The notes: a model not told the origin generated them from the sequence alone. DNA of 64,000 bases from Candidatus Bathyarchaeia archaeon (GCA_049521795.1 JBEKOM010000001.1:384001-448000); one strand, 5' to 3'. Shown: positions 28,231 to 40,123, counted from the first letter of the stretch. Made by a program: numbers and translations.

Positions 28231-29718
28231 TTAAGATTCTGGCTTCGGTTTGAAACGGAGTCTAATCTTCATTTTGATTCTGCTAATCCAGTTGTAAATC
28301 GGAATCAACCGGTATTTTATCGAAGCCGGAAGCTCGTCTTCTATCCTCTTGTGTAGTCCTAGCTTAACGGCCGTTTCGCCTGTTCTGGTCAAGGGCACAT
28401 AGTATCTCACCAGTGGGAATCTTGTGAATCCGTTGCTTTGCTTGAATCTGTCAAGTGTTGGGTGGTTCCCCATCCTGGCGTACATGAGCCATTTTTCGCC
28501 CTTACTAGCGCAGACTTCAACCGTCTTCGCTATCAAGACGTTGTTCACCGCGAGGTCACGATGCTTTTGAAGGGCGAGTATCTGAGACAGCATCGTTACG
28601 TTCCTGCCATGAAACAGTCTTATGAACCCCACGAGTTCATCCTGCAAATAAGCACCTATGTAAGTGCAATTTTGCAGTGAAAGAACGTATCTCTTAACGG
28701 CCTGCAAGGATATGCCGTACACTGGGAAGGCTCTTTCCTGCCGTATGGGAGTCTCGTTGTAAATCTTCCAGATGCCTTCTGCCAGCTTATCATCAGGCGC
28801 GACTGCCTGCGCTTTTACTCCGCTCTTCTCTGCCTTTCGAACCATGTTACGTGTCTTCTTGCCTATGTTTTCCCACCATTCATCATAAGTTGTGATTTGG
28901 AGAAGTGCGACGTTGTCGTCTGTCTTAGCCCAAGATTTCGGAACGTTTGAAACTGTGCTGCACCATTTTCTCTCCAAAAAGTTGAATACGTCTGCTCCTC
29001 TCTCCCTCAACTTCTCAAGGAACTTCCCCATCGGAACGATGTCTGTAACGTACTCTCTTGCGTCGTTTGCCATCGTGAAGAAGATCTTCCTGCTGAAGGT
29101 TACCGATTCAAGGTCGCCGTCCACTCTTAAGATTGTCTTGAGCGCTTGATAGAAAGCACTTCTTTGATTGATCGTTCCTCTTTGGAACAGCCATATAGGA
29201 TGAAAGTACAGCACGTATCCTTTCGCAATGTAGTTTCTCGCGATCTCTACAGCTTCCTCCGTGGTGTGGCGATAGCATATTCCGTCAAGACCACGTGTGA
29301 GGAACTGATGGAAAGACTTTAGCCTGAAATTCTTCGGGATCTCTGGTTCTCTGCTTTTCCATCGCTTCCACATGATTCTCGCCAGTAAACGTGCGGTTCC
29401 ATGAATCGTGTAGTAGTTTGCTCTTCTTCCAGTTGCCTTTTCCAAGTTCCCCATTTCTTTGTAAGGGTCATTTACGACGTGAAGCTCAACCGCGTGTTTC
29501 ACGTTGTTCAGCAGAGCGAGCAGTTGCGCGTCTGGGATCGTTTTAGGAGTAAAAAACCAGTGAGCTTCGATGTCCTCGGGTGACTCGTTAATCATTCCTG
29601 CAATTATCTTGGAATTCTTCAGATACTCGGCACTTGTTCTTATGCCGAAGGCGACATAAAGAAAGCTTCTCAGCCTCGATGGAAAGGGGTAATCAACGTC
29701 GATTCTGAGCTTTATCAA
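28231..29718 (-). CDS. Fusion of a polysaccharide-deacetylase-like N-domain and a GNAT/FemAB-like C-domain
   Basis: LRIDVD, VELH, TIHG, LYFHP in the N-half; KKTRNMVRKAEKSGV, GAYLQDELVG, LDRFKQSNGF in the C-half. Confidence 0.65.
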   Translation of the reverse strand: MIKLRIDVDYPFPSRLRSFLYVAFGIRTSAEYLKNSKIIAGMINESPEDIEAHWFFTPKTIPDAQLLALLNNVKHAVELHVVNDPYKEMGNLEKATGRRANYYTIHGTARLLARIMWKRWKSREPEIPKNFRLKSFHQFLTRGLDGICYRHTTEEAVEIARNYIAKGYVLYFHPIWLFQRGTINQRSAFYQALKTILRVDGDLESVTFSRKIFFTMANDAREYVTDIVPMGKFLEKLRERGADVFNFLERKWCSTVSNVPKSWAKTDDNVALLQITTYDEWWENIGKKTRNMVRKAEKSGVKAQAVAPDDKLAEGIWKIYNETPIRQERAFPVYGISLQAVKRYVLSLQNCTYIGAYLQDELVGFIRLFHGRNVTMLSQILALQKHRDLAVNNVLIAKTVEVCASKGEKWLMYARMGNHPTLDRFKQSNGFTRFPLVRYYVPLTRTGETAVKLGLHKRIEDELPASIKYRLIPIYNWISRIKMKIRLRFKPKPES

Positions 29719-29930
29719 ATCAGGTTCCGTCTGCCTTCCTAATTGAAATCCCCGCTTTTATAAACTCTTTACGGATTCGGACTCCCGTCAAATAGACGTC
29801 GCGATCAAACAAGCCTTGCTATGATTGAGTGAGCAACCTATGAGTACAGACCATAGCAACACCGATAAGTTGAATAATTTGGCGTCGATATTCTGCGGCT
29901 GTTCAGAATCTCAAAACCGAGGACAGCGAT

Positions 29931-31550
29931 ATGGAGCAATTGCAGCCTGAAAAATGGCTGACTGTAGAACGAGAAGTCCTGGAACATAAGATCAATGGGA
30001 AAACGTTCGCTGACCTAACAGCCTACGACGGCATTGCCTTGTGGTGGTTCATAAGGTACAGATTCTTCCATCGCGCCAGAACAAGAAGCCTAATCAGAAC
30101 TCTGACGAGTAACACTTTCGTGTTTTCCGTTGTCGATTTCTTTTACGATATAAGTACTCGGTTCATGTGCCGAATTGTTTCATGGCCTTTCAGGCAAAAA
30201 GCAGTTAGAAATGGAAGGACTGTCTTGATTACAGTTCACGACAGCGACTGGAAGAACATGAGTTCTCCAGCTGGAAAGAAACGAAGAGGAGACGTTTTCT
30301 TTGACTCTATTATCCGTGACCTGCAGAAGAAGGGCTTTAAGATTGTCACAGTAACGCCGCTGAGAGCTGATTTGATGGGCGGCTTGAAAACAATGGTGAG
30401 CAGGATGAAGCATCAGGGGCCAAATCTGATTCACAGAGAGTTCAACAGCTACTGGTCGATGAGGATCTGGAAGATGGAGAGAGATGCGAAAAGAGCCTTC
30501 AAGAAGGCATGGAAGGAAGCTTCTCGAAACGAAGGATTGATTTCGGTTCTTAAGAGAGCTGGTCTAGAAGAAGAGCTGCCCTACTATTTTGACAACATTT
30601 TTGGTTGGGTTTCCAAGAGCCTAGAAATGGCGAAAACACTAGTCGACGAAGAAAAACCTGACTTTGTGCTCGCAAGCAGTGAGCATGGCATAATTCAGAA
30701 GTCCATTGTGGTCGCGGGGAAAATGAGAAGGATCCCGACGATGGCTCTGCAGCACGGAACCATCGGCACTGTGCACAAGGGCTATCTTTCTTGGAAAGGT
30801 AGCATCTCAGAATCTGGAGATGTAAGGTCGCCGTTCTGTCCCATTCCAGACAAAACTGCAGTGTTCGGACCTTATTACGTCGACCTGTTGACAAAAGCAA
30901 GCGCTTACCCGCCTAACAGCATAGTAGCAACTGGGCAACCCCGGTATGATGCCTTGGTCGAAGCAGGCAAGGTTTACGATCATGATGAGTTTTGCGGGAG
31001 ATTAAACCTGAACCCCCAGAAGAAAATTGTGCTCGTGATGACTGAAAACATGCCTATAGCTGACGGCAAAACATTTTTGAGAGTTGCGTTGAAGGCGCTG
31101 AAGGGGTTTTCGGAGCTTCAAATCGTTATCAAACCTCATCCGGCAGAGGAAGGGGAATGGTACGTTGACATCGTGAAAGAAGAAAATGTTAAAGCAACTA
31201 TACTTCCAAAAAACGCTGATACCTACGAAGCCTTGTATGCCTGCGACCTGTTTGTGGGGTCCTACTCCACTGTCATTCTAGAAGGCGTAATCTTGGGGAA
31301 GATAGGTGTTACGGCCTTTCTGTCGAAGGGAAAGGACCCTACGCCTTACTTCGAAGAGGTCACGTTGAGAGTTCACAGAGAAGAGGATTTGGGACTGGAA
31401 ATCAGAAAGGCTTTATATGATGATAAAGTTAGGGAGGAACTAAGGCAATCCGGTGCAAAGTTTGTGTTTGAACACGCGTACAAGATGGATGGAAAAGCGA
31501 CAGAGCGTGTGACTGATTTGATTGACAAGATGATTGGGGACAGGGCATGA
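29931..31550 (+). CDS. GT-B fold protein (CDP-glycerol glycerophosphotransferase / 2-epimerase-like), candidate nonulosonate transferase
   Basis: LQHG, TGQPRYD, IKPHPAE, SYSTVILE, DGKATERV. Confidence 0.75.
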   Translation: MEQLQPEKWLTVEREVLEHKINGKTFADLTAYDGIALWWFIRYRFFHRARTRSLIRTLTSNTFVFSVVDFFYDISTRFMCRIVSWPFRQKAVRNGRTVLITVHDSDWKNMSSPAGKKRRGDVFFDSIIRDLQKKGFKIVTVTPLRADLMGGLKTMVSRMKHQGPNLIHREFNSYWSMRIWKMERDAKRAFKKAWKEASRNEGLISVLKRAGLEEELPYYFDNIFGWVSKSLEMAKTLVDEEKPDFVLASSEHGIIQKSIVVAGKMRRIPTMALQHGTIGTVHKGYLSWKGSISESGDVRSPFCPIPDKTAVFGPYYVDLLTKASAYPPNSIVATGQPRYDALVEAGKVYDHDEFCGRLNLNPQKKIVLVMTENMPIADGKTFLRVALKALKGFSELQIVIKPHPAEEGEWYVDIVKEENVKATILPKNADTYEALYACDLFVGSYSTVILEGVILGKIGVTAFLSKGKDPTPYFEEVTLRVHREEDLGLEIRKALYDDKVREELRQSGAKFVFEHAYKMDGKATERVTDLIDKMIGDRA

Positions 31551-32548
31551 GATTCTTGATTGTTGGATTAGGGTCGATGGGAAAAAGAAGAATCCGCAAC
31601 CTACAGTACCTCAAAGCGGGAGAAATCACAGGTTTTGACACGCTGGAGGCAAGAAGAAAGGAAGCTGAGGAAAAATACGGAATAACAACGTTTGACAATT
31701 TTGACAAGGCCATGAAGGAACAGCATGACGGTCTCATCATATCTACGCCACCCGACCTGCACGTGAAATACGCACTGGAAGCCGCAAAACACAACAAACA
31801 CTTCTTCATGGAAGCAAGCGTTGTCGACGATGGAATGAACGAACTGATCGCGTTGTGCCGAAATAAGAAGATAGTTGCAGCGCCCTCATGCACGATGCGT
31901 TTTCAGTCTTCAATAAAGAAGTTGAAAGAACTTGTGGACAGCAAAATCATAGGCGGCATTTTGCTTTTCACCTATCACTCTGGACAATACCTCCCAGACT
32001 GGCATCCATGGGAAGATTACAGAAAATTCTACGTTGCCAAAAGAGCAACTGGAGCTGCAAGAGAGATAGTGTCTTTTGAGCTGGTCTGGCTTGAATGGGT
32101 TTTCGGAGACGTAGACACTGTTTCCTGTTTCAAAGGAAAACTATCCAACCTGGAAATCGACATCGATGACACTTACCAGTGCATAATGAAGTTCAAGAAC
32201 AACGTTGTTGGAAACATGCTTGTGGACGTGATTTCAAGGGTAGCCGAACGGAGCTGCGAAATCTACGGAGAACGAGGCAACATCCGTTGGGAGTGGGGTT
32301 CAGGCGTCAAGGTCTACACGGCAGATGACAAGAAATGGAAGCAGTATGCTGAACAAGCGGGCACGAGAGTGGCCGGGTACGACGAGAAGATCGCCGAAGA
32401 ACCCTACATTGAGGAAATTGGGGCTTTCGTGAAGGCAGTGAAAGGAGAGATTACGTATCCATACACTTTAGAAGAGGACAAACGGATACTTGATGTTTTG
32501 AAAGATCTGGAGAAAAGTTCAGACAGCAAAGTTCATGTTAAGACTTAA
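31547..32548 (+). CDS. Gfo/Idh/MocA oxidoreductase
   Basis: GLGSMG, STPPDLH, GQYLPDWHPWEDYR. Confidence 0.88.
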   Translation: MRFLIVGLGSMGKRRIRNLQYLKAGEITGFDTLEARRKEAEEKYGITTFDNFDKAMKEQHDGLIISTPPDLHVKYALEAAKHNKHFFMEASVVDDGMNELIALCRNKKIVAAPSCTMRFQSSIKKLKELVDSKIIGGILLFTYHSGQYLPDWHPWEDYRKFYVAKRATGAAREIVSFELVWLEWVFGDVDTVSCFKGKLSNLEIDIDDTYQCIMKFKNNVVGNMLVDVISRVAERSCEIYGERGNIRWEWGSGVKVYTADDKKWKQYAEQAGTRVAGYDEKIAEEPYIEEIGAFVKAVKGEITYPYTLEEDKRILDVLKDLEKSSDSKVHVKT

Positions 32549-32603
32549 ACTTAATGAGCAAGCAAGACAACGATAAGATTAAGATCACAGGCAGAATGAG
32601 AAC

Positions 32604-33902
<1,299 letters not shown>

Positions 33903-33937
33903 CGAAGCACCCGTTGTGCGGGCGTGAAAAATCAAAA

Positions 33938-34990
33938 GTGAACAAGATAAAAGTCGGCGACAGGTTACTGGGTGAAGGCGAACCAACTTTCATAGTTGCG
34001 GAAATCGGTGTAAACCACAACGGCAGCATCAAAATGGCAAAGAAGCTCATTGACGCCGCCAAAGACGTTGGTTCGGACGCAGTGAAATTCCAAGTCTTCA
34101 AGACAGAAAGAATCGTCACCAAATACGCGGAAAAGGCGGGTTATCAAAAGGAAACGACTGACCCGCAGAAATCACAATACGACATGCTTAAGAAACTGGA
34201 GCTTAAACCCGAGGAGGTTAGGGAACTCCAGGCTTATGCCAAGAAGAGAAGTATCCTTTTTCTGTCATCGGCTTTTGATGAAGAAAGTGTTGACTTGCTG
34301 GATAGTCTCGATGTGCCAGCATTGAAAGTTGCATCTGGTGAGATAACCAACTTGCCATTGCTGCGACATATGGCTGAAAAGAAAAGACCTATAATTCTCT
34401 CAACAGGGTTGAGCAGCTTGGATGAGATAAAGGAAGCATTGGAGGTCTTTGAAGAGAAACGCATAGAAGACATCGTTCTACTCCATTGTGTCACCAGTTA
34501 TCCGGCGAAAGCTGAAGAAGCCAACCTGAAAGTCATGGATTTGTTGAGGCGCAAGTTTGGATTTCCAGTGGGGTTTTCTGATCACACTCTTGGAATTGCG
34601 GTGCCGATAGCAGCTGTTGCGTTGGGTGCTGTGCTGATCGAAAAACACTTAACGCTTGATAAGAAACTGTCAGGCCCAGATCATCGCGCTTCTCTTGAAC
34701 CTGAAGAGTTCAGGCAAATGGTGATCGGTATCAGAGAAGTCCAGAAAGCTTTGGGCAACGGGGTGAAACAACTCACCTTACAGGAACAGGAAATCAGTGA
34801 AGCTGCGAGGAGAAGCATAGTAGCAAGAATAAGGATTCGAAAGGGCACAGTAATACGCGAAGACATGCTTGCCTTCAAGAGACCCGGCATCGGACTCAAA
34901 CCCAAGAATCTACGCAGAGTGATTGGAAAAAAGGCTAAGAAGGATATTGAAGCTGACGAACTGATCACCCTTGAGAAACTCCTGTGGTAG
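33938..34990 (+). CDS. neuB: Nonulosonic acid synthase (NeuB/LegI family)
   Basis: IVAEIGVNHNG, VKFQ, KVASGE, LHCVTSYP, GFSDHT, IEKH, GPDH, C-terminal SAF domain (KRPG.G). Confidence 0.95.
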   Translation: MNKIKVGDRLLGEGEPTFIVAEIGVNHNGSIKMAKKLIDAAKDVGSDAVKFQVFKTERIVTKYAEKAGYQKETTDPQKSQYDMLKKLELKPEEVRELQAYAKKRSILFLSSAFDEESVDLLDSLDVPALKVASGEITNLPLLRHMAEKKRPIILSTGLSSLDEIKEALEVFEEKRIEDIVLLHCVTSYPAKAEEANLKVMDLLRRKFGFPVGFSDHTLGIAVPIAAVALGAVLIEKHLTLDKKLSGPDHRASLEPEEFRQMVIGIREVQKALGNGVKQLTLQEQEISEAARRSIVARIRIRKGTVIREDMLAFKRPGIGLKPKNLRRVIGKKAKKDIEADELITLEKLLW

Positions 34991-34994
34991 TTCG

Positions 34995-36140
34995 ATGAGA
35001 AAAATAGCTGTGATAACGGGAACACGGGCCGAATATGGCCTATTCAAGCCTGTTTTGAAGGCCATGGAATCTCATGGTAACCTGCAAGCGTCACTGATCG
35101 TAATCGGAATGCATCTTTCACCCGAATTCGGATACACGGTAGAAGAAATTGAGAAAGACGGTTTCAAAATCGGAGCTAAGATCGCTGCACTCCACGCGGA
35201 AGACACGAAGGCTTCAATGGCCAACAGTCTTGGTAAATGCTTGTCAAAGATAGTCGAAGCCATGGAGAAAATGCGGCCAGACATTCTGCTTGTTCTAGGC
35301 GACCGCAGTGAAATGCTCGTCGGAGCGATTGCGGCGACATACTTGGGCATACCCATAGCTCACATCCATGGAGGAGAAGTCTCGGGCAACGTTGACGAAC
35401 CTGTGAGACACGCTATAACAAAACTTGCACACATACACTTTCCTGCCACCAAGGAAAGCGCAAAGAGAATCATAAAGATGGGAGAGGAACCATGGAGAGT
35501 CCATGTGGTTGGAGCCCCAGGTTTGGATTCCATTCTGAACGAGACGATCCCGGATCCTAAAGAGACGGCCGCAAAGTATGGGCTCAGCATATCCAAGCCC
35601 GTCCTGCTCGTTTTGCAGCATTCTGTTGTTGCAGAGGCAGAGGACGCGGCAAATCAGATGCGCGAAACTTTGGAAGCTGTTAAAGAGTTGAAGCAACGGA
35701 CCGTTATTATATATCCGAATGCGGACGCTGGCGGCAGAAGAATGATAAAAATCATCAGACAATACGAGGAATATCCTTTCGTCAAGTCCTTCAGAAGTGT
35801 GCCGCACGAGGATTACCTAGGCTTGATGAAACTTGCCACCGTTATGATCGGAAACTCCAGCAGCGGAATCATTGAGGCTCCATCATTCGGCTTGCCCGTT
35901 GTCAACATCGGAACTAGGCAAATAGGCAGGCAACGAGCTGGAAACGTAGTTGACGTAGGGTACGATAGAAAAGACATCATTAGTGCCGTGAAAAAAGCAT
36001 TGTGTGACGTGGGCTTCATTGAAAGAGTGAAGCATTGCAAGAATCCTTACGGTGATGGAAAGGCTGGGAAGAGAATTGCAAGGTTTCTGGCCGAGGTGAC
36101 ATTAGGCAGCAAATTGCTGGAAAAGAGGATGACGTATTAG
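34995..36140 (+). CDS. neuC: Hydrolysing NDP-sugar 2-epimerase (NeuC/LegG family)
   Basis: TGTRAEYG, GMHLS, LGDR.E, HIHGGE.SG..DE..RHAITK, GNSSSGIIEAPS, G.RQ.GR. Confidence 0.93.
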   Translation: MRKIAVITGTRAEYGLFKPVLKAMESHGNLQASLIVIGMHLSPEFGYTVEEIEKDGFKIGAKIAALHAEDTKASMANSLGKCLSKIVEAMEKMRPDILLVLGDRSEMLVGAIAATYLGIPIAHIHGGEVSGNVDEPVRHAITKLAHIHFPATKESAKRIIKMGEEPWRVHVVGAPGLDSILNETIPDPKETAAKYGLSISKPVLLVLQHSVVAEAEDAANQMRETLEAVKELKQRTVIIYPNADAGGRRMIKIIRQYEEYPFVKSFRSVPHEDYLGLMKLATVMIGNSSSGIIEAPSFGLPVVNIGTRQIGRQRAGNVVDVGYDRKDIISAVKKALCDVGFIERVKHCKNPYGDGKAGKRIARFLAEVTLGSKLLEKRMTY

Positions 36141-36551
36141 ATGAGATTTAAGAAATGGAAGTATCCTGAAATCGAAGAAGGAAAACTTACAAAGTACTGC
36201 TGGATGGTTCAGCATAAGGATAAGCTGAAACTTGGATATGAGACAGACATCGGGGCTTTCACGTACATTAACGCTAAGAACGGCGTCACCATCGAAGATC
36301 AGGTGCAAATAGGTTCTCACTGCGCAATATACTCGATCTCAACGATCGACGAGAAAGAAGGGCCGGTCACGCTGAAGAAGAACTGCAAGATCGGCAGTCA
36401 CAGCATAGTGATGCCAGGCGTGACTGTGGGCGAGAATTCTGTTGTGGGAGCTTGCAGTTTCGTCAACAAGGACATACCTCCAAATGTGGTCGCGGTTGGC
36501 GTGCCAGCAGAAGTTGTCAGAGACTTGAAGAGTCGGAGGAAAAAGCGATGA
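36141..36551 (+). CDS. Hexapeptide-repeat acetyltransferase
   Basis: Left-handed beta-helix repeats, VAVGVPA. Confidence 0.88.
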   Translation: MRFKKWKYPEIEEGKLTKYCWMVQHKDKLKLGYETDIGAFTYINAKNGVTIEDQVQIGSHCAIYSISTIDEKEGPVTLKKNCKIGSHSIVMPGVTVGENSVVGACSFVNKDIPPNVVAVGVPAEVVRDLKSRRKKR

Positions 36552-37681
36552 AGATTCCGTTGTTCAAGATATACTGGGATGATGATGATGTGCGCGCTGT
36601 GAGTGAAGTCATCAGAAGCGGAATGTATTGGACAACTGGACCCAGGAGCAAAGAATTCGAGAAGAGACTTCAGGAATACTCAGGGAGAAAATACGCCGTC
36701 GTTTTCAATTCTGGAACGAGTGCTCTGCATGCCGCTGTCCTGGCGCACCGCATCAAACAAGGAGAGGCTATTGTTCCCTCCTTCACTTTCATAGCAACGT
36801 CGAACGCGCTTGTCATGGCGGGGGTCAAACCGGTTTTTGCAGACGTTGAAGAGAAAACGTTTGGTCTGGATCCTGAGGATGTGAAGGAAAGAATAACCGA
36901 CAAGACGAAGGCGATAATACCGGTGCACTATGGCGGTTCTCCCTGCATGATAAAAGAAATCAAGGAAATTGCTGAAGACCACAAGATCCTTCTCATAGAA
37001 GACGCAGCTGAATCTTTCGGAGCCAGAATTCAGAAGGAGAAAGTGGGGAATTTCGGCGATTCTGCCATGATCAGTTTCTGTCAGAACAAAGTTGTTACAA
37101 CGGGAGACGGGGGAGCTGTTATCACAGATTCCCAGGATGTGTATGAACGGCTGAAGCTTGTAAGGTCGCATGGCAGACTTGAAAGCATGGATTATTTCTC
37201 CACTTGGAAAGAAATGGACTATGTGGTTCTTGGGTACAACTACAGAATGTCCGATATCACTGCTGCTTTGGGCATTTCACAGCTCAACAAGATCGACAAG
37301 TTGATTCAGATGAGGAGAAGAAACGCGGCGCGACTTACAAAAGCACTGTCAAGAGTGAAGAGCGTAACTCCTCCTAAGCCGCCCAGAGACTACTATCATA
37401 TTTACCAGATGTACACCGTGAGAATGAAAAATGGGAAGAAAGCACGAGACAAGTTAGCAAGTCATCTTGGAAAAAGAGGAGTCTCGGCCAAAGTGTACTT
37501 TTACCCTGTTCACTTAACTCACTTTTATAAAAACGTCCTCAAATACCGCTGTAAGCTTCCCGTAACAGAGAAGATCTCTGAGGAAGTCTTAAGTCTCCCA
37601 ATTTATCCATCAATGACGAAAGAAGAGAGCGAGTACATCGCCGATGGAGTAAGATCATTCCAAAAGGTCGACGATAAATGA
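36548..37681 (+). CDS. DegT/DnrJ/EryC1/StrS sugar aminotransferase
   Basis: NSGTSALH, PSFTFIAT, IEDAAES, SFCQNKVVTTGDGG, GYNYRM, LSLP. Confidence 0.93.
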   Translation: MKIPLFKIYWDDDDVRAVSEVIRSGMYWTTGPRSKEFEKRLQEYSGRKYAVVFNSGTSALHAAVLAHRIKQGEAIVPSFTFIATSNALVMAGVKPVFADVEEKTFGLDPEDVKERITDKTKAIIPVHYGGSPCMIKEIKEIAEDHKILLIEDAAESFGARIQKEKVGNFGDSAMISFCQNKVVTTGDGGAVITDSQDVYERLKLVRSHGRLESMDYFSTWKEMDYVVLGYNYRMSDITAALGISQLNKIDKLIQMRRRNAARLTKALSRVKSVTPPKPPRDYYHIYQMYTVRMKNGKKARDKLASHLGKRGVSAKVYFYPVHLTHFYKNVLKYRCKLPVTEKISEEVLSLPIYPSMTKEESEYIADGVRSFQKVDDK

Positions 37682-38709
37682 AGCAAACCAGCATGGAGAA
37701 AGTGTTTAAAGGCAAGAGCATCCTCGTCACAGGCGGAACAGGATCGATAGGCAGTGAGCTTGTCAGAAGGCTACTGAAGTTTGAGCCTGCGGTCGTTAGA
37801 GTCTTCAGCAACGACGAGAATGCGCAGTTCGAGTTGGAGCAAGAGCTGAAGGATTACGGGAGCACCCTTCGATTTCTTGTCGGCGACGTTAGAGACAAGG
37901 AGCGACTGCAAAGAGCTACTGAATGCATAGAGATTGTCTTTCATGCGGCTGCGTTGAAGCATGTCCCGCTTTGTGAATACAACCCGTTCGAAGCCATCAA
38001 GACAAACGTGATTGGGACCCAGAATCTGCTGGAAGTTGCAATAAATGAAAACGTAGACAAGGTAATAACGATTAGCACTGATAAAGCCGTGAACCCCGCA
38101 AACGTGATGGGCGCTACAAAGCTGTTAGCTGAACGACTCACGATAGCCGCCAACTACTACAGAGGTCTCAAGAGGACAGTGTTTTCATGCGTTAGATTTG
38201 GAAACGTTCTGGCCTCAAGAGGATCAGTCGTTCAAACGTTTGAGAAACAAATACGAAACTGTGGACCTGTGACGCTCACCGACCCTCAGATGATCAGGTT
38301 CGTCATGAGCATGGACAGGGCCGTAGATCTGGTGCTGAAAGCTGCGCAGATGGCTAAAGGTGAAGAGACATTCATATTCAAAATGCCCGCTTTGCACATA
38401 AAAGACTTGGCAGAGGTCATGATCGAAAAACTGGCGCCAAAGTACGGATACCAGCCAAAGGACATCCAAACACGCTTGATCGGAAAGAGAAGAGGAGAAA
38501 AAATGTACGAAGAGCTGATGACGGAGGAAGAAGCGTTGAATGCTTACGAAACAGAAGACATGCTGCTGGTCTTACCTCAGACTCCTCAGACGGTTCCGAA
38601 CCCTAGAAACGGTTTCAGGAAAGTTCCTCTCAGAAGATACACGTCTAAGGACACGACCGTGCTGACGAAGAAGCAAATAAGAGAGCTACTTGACTCGATA
38701 CTACGGTAG
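37678..38709 (+). CDS. NDP-GlcNAc 4,6-dehydratase (CapD/PseB/PglF-like, soluble)
   Basis: TGGTGSIG, HAAALKHVP, STDKAVNP, MGATK, RFGNVLASRGSV, GEKMYEEL. Confidence 0.92.
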   Translation: MKQTSMEKVFKGKSILVTGGTGSIGSELVRRLLKFEPAVVRVFSNDENAQFELEQELKDYGSTLRFLVGDVRDKERLQRATECIEIVFHAAALKHVPLCEYNPFEAIKTNVIGTQNLLEVAINENVDKVITISTDKAVNPANVMGATKLLAERLTIAANYYRGLKRTVFSCVRFGNVLASRGSVVQTFEKQIRNCGPVTLTDPQMIRFVMSMDRAVDLVLKAAQMAKGEETFIFKMPALHIKDLAEVMIEKLAPKYGYQPKDIQTRLIGKRRGEKMYEELMTEEEALNAYETEDMLLVLPQTPQTVPNPRNGFRKVPLRRYTSKDTTVLTKKQIRELLDSILR

Positions 38710-38792
38710 ATCTCTGGAGCCTGATGCCTGTTTTCTACCTGCCTTATTGAAGCTTGATCATAGAAACAATCAAAATAGCGTAGGGAGAGCTA

Positions 38793-38969
38793 GTGTGCAG
38801 AACAAGCTCTGGGCAAACTGCGTTGGTAGTAACTTCGATGCGCGTTCACTATGCGGTCGTGAGGCTGGTCGTCGAGGAATTGTTGCGCAGAAACTGGCAG
38901 GATGGGGTTTCGACCCTTACGTATTTCTTGCTGACCCGATGGAGACTCAAAACCAAAATGACAACATGA
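38793..38969 (+). pseudogene. 58-codon truncated paralog of the N-terminus of the downstream GT-B gene
   Basis: MCRTSSGQTALVVTSMRVHYAVVRLVVEELLRRNW aligns gap-free to MLEKTARRKVLVVTSRNVHYRIVAPVIQELQRRHW (38987 ORF). Confidence 0.75.
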
Positions 38970-38986
38970 TCTGGGGTCGACCGTAA

Positions 38987-40123
38987 ATGCTTGAGAAAAC
39001 AGCTAGGCGTAAAGTTCTGGTGGTAACTTCAAGGAACGTTCACTATCGCATTGTGGCGCCCGTGATTCAAGAACTGCAGAGAAGACATTGGTATGTTCGT
39101 GTTTTGCGATTTGAGAGGGTGTGGGAAAGGGCGGAAAGTCTTCTTTCGAGAACCACGAGAAGGCGATCTCTCAAATCATTCTACGTAAGACCTACAACAA
39201 GTCGTCCCAACAGGCTCAAGGAGCTTGCATATTCTTTGATTTCTAAGTTTGTTTTTTATACATCAAGGGTTTTGCAGGTTGAGAAACCAGACATAATAAT
39301 CGTCATGACCGACAGCACGCCTCCTTGCAGGATAGCGGTTCTGGCTGGAAGATTGGACAGTATCCCATCCTTGCTTCTGTTGCTCTCGGGCATGATCGGG
39401 CGCAACTATCAATCTCCTAGTTTTATCGTTGACAAGATCGCGGTGCCTGGAGAGTTCGCACGAGAGGTACTCGAAAAGTGCGGTGTTGATAAAGAAAAAC
39501 TTGTAGTAACTGGGTATCCATCATATGACGTGCTGGTAAAGGCCGAAGAGCACTTCAAGAAAAACGAGATATGTAAGAAACTTGGTCTCGATCCTGCGAG
39601 AAAGATAGTTGTTTATACAACGGAAAACCTCCCAGCTCGAGAAAGCAAGATTGTAACTCGTGCCGTATGCACCGCTGTGAAGAGTCTTCAGAATATACAA
39701 TTTATTATTAAGGTTCACCCATCAGAGCTTGATCTATCCACGTACCGCCATGTAACAAGAGACTTGGAGCTGGATGCGTTGATAACAAGGCACGCAGATA
39801 TCTACGAAGTCCTGTACGCATGCGACGCGCTGATTACTGGATTCTCGGCCACCGCGCTTGACGCCATGATTCTTCAGAAGCCTGTGATCACGATCAACCT
39901 CACAGGGCTGGCCGACCCTTTGTCCTTTGCAGAAAGTGGTGCAGCGATAGGAGTAAATAGCGAGGGAGACTTGGAGGGTGAGCTGGAGAAGGTGCTGTAC
40001 AACAAGGAATTGCAGGAGAAACTAAGACGAGGAAGAGAAGCTTTCGTTTTCAAGCATGCCTACAAGCTGGACGGAGAATCCACAGAGAGAGTCGTAACGC
40101 TCGTTGAGAAGATCAGCAAATGA
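38987..40123 (+). CDS. GT-B fold protein, paralog of the 29931 gene
   Basis: VTGYPSYD, IKVHPSE, YEVLYACD, HAYKLDGESTERV shared with the 29931 product. Confidence 0.78.
   Translation: MLEKTARRKVLVVTSRNVHYRIVAPVIQELQRRHWYVRVLRFERVWERAESLLSRTTRRRSLKSFYVRPTTSRPNRLKELAYSLISKFVFYTSRVLQVEKPDIIIVMTDSTPPCRIAVLAGRLDSIPSLLLLLSGMIGRNYQSPSFIVDKIAVPGEFAREVLEKCGVDKEKLVVTGYPSYDVLVKAEEHFKKNEICKKLGLDPARKIVVYTTENLPARESKIVTRAVCTAVKSLQNIQFIIKVHPSELDLSTYRHVTRDLELDALITRHADIYEVLYACDALITGFSATALDAMILQKPVITINLTGLADPLSFAESGAAIGVNSEGDLEGELEKVLYNKELQEKLRRGREAFVFKHAYKLDGESTERVVTLVEKISK

Noticed and set aside
36138-36143. In-frame TAG-ATG junction between neuC and the acetyltransferase as pyrrolysine readthrough
   Set aside because: Both proteins are complete on their own and no pyl genes are visible; ordinary tight coupling explains it.
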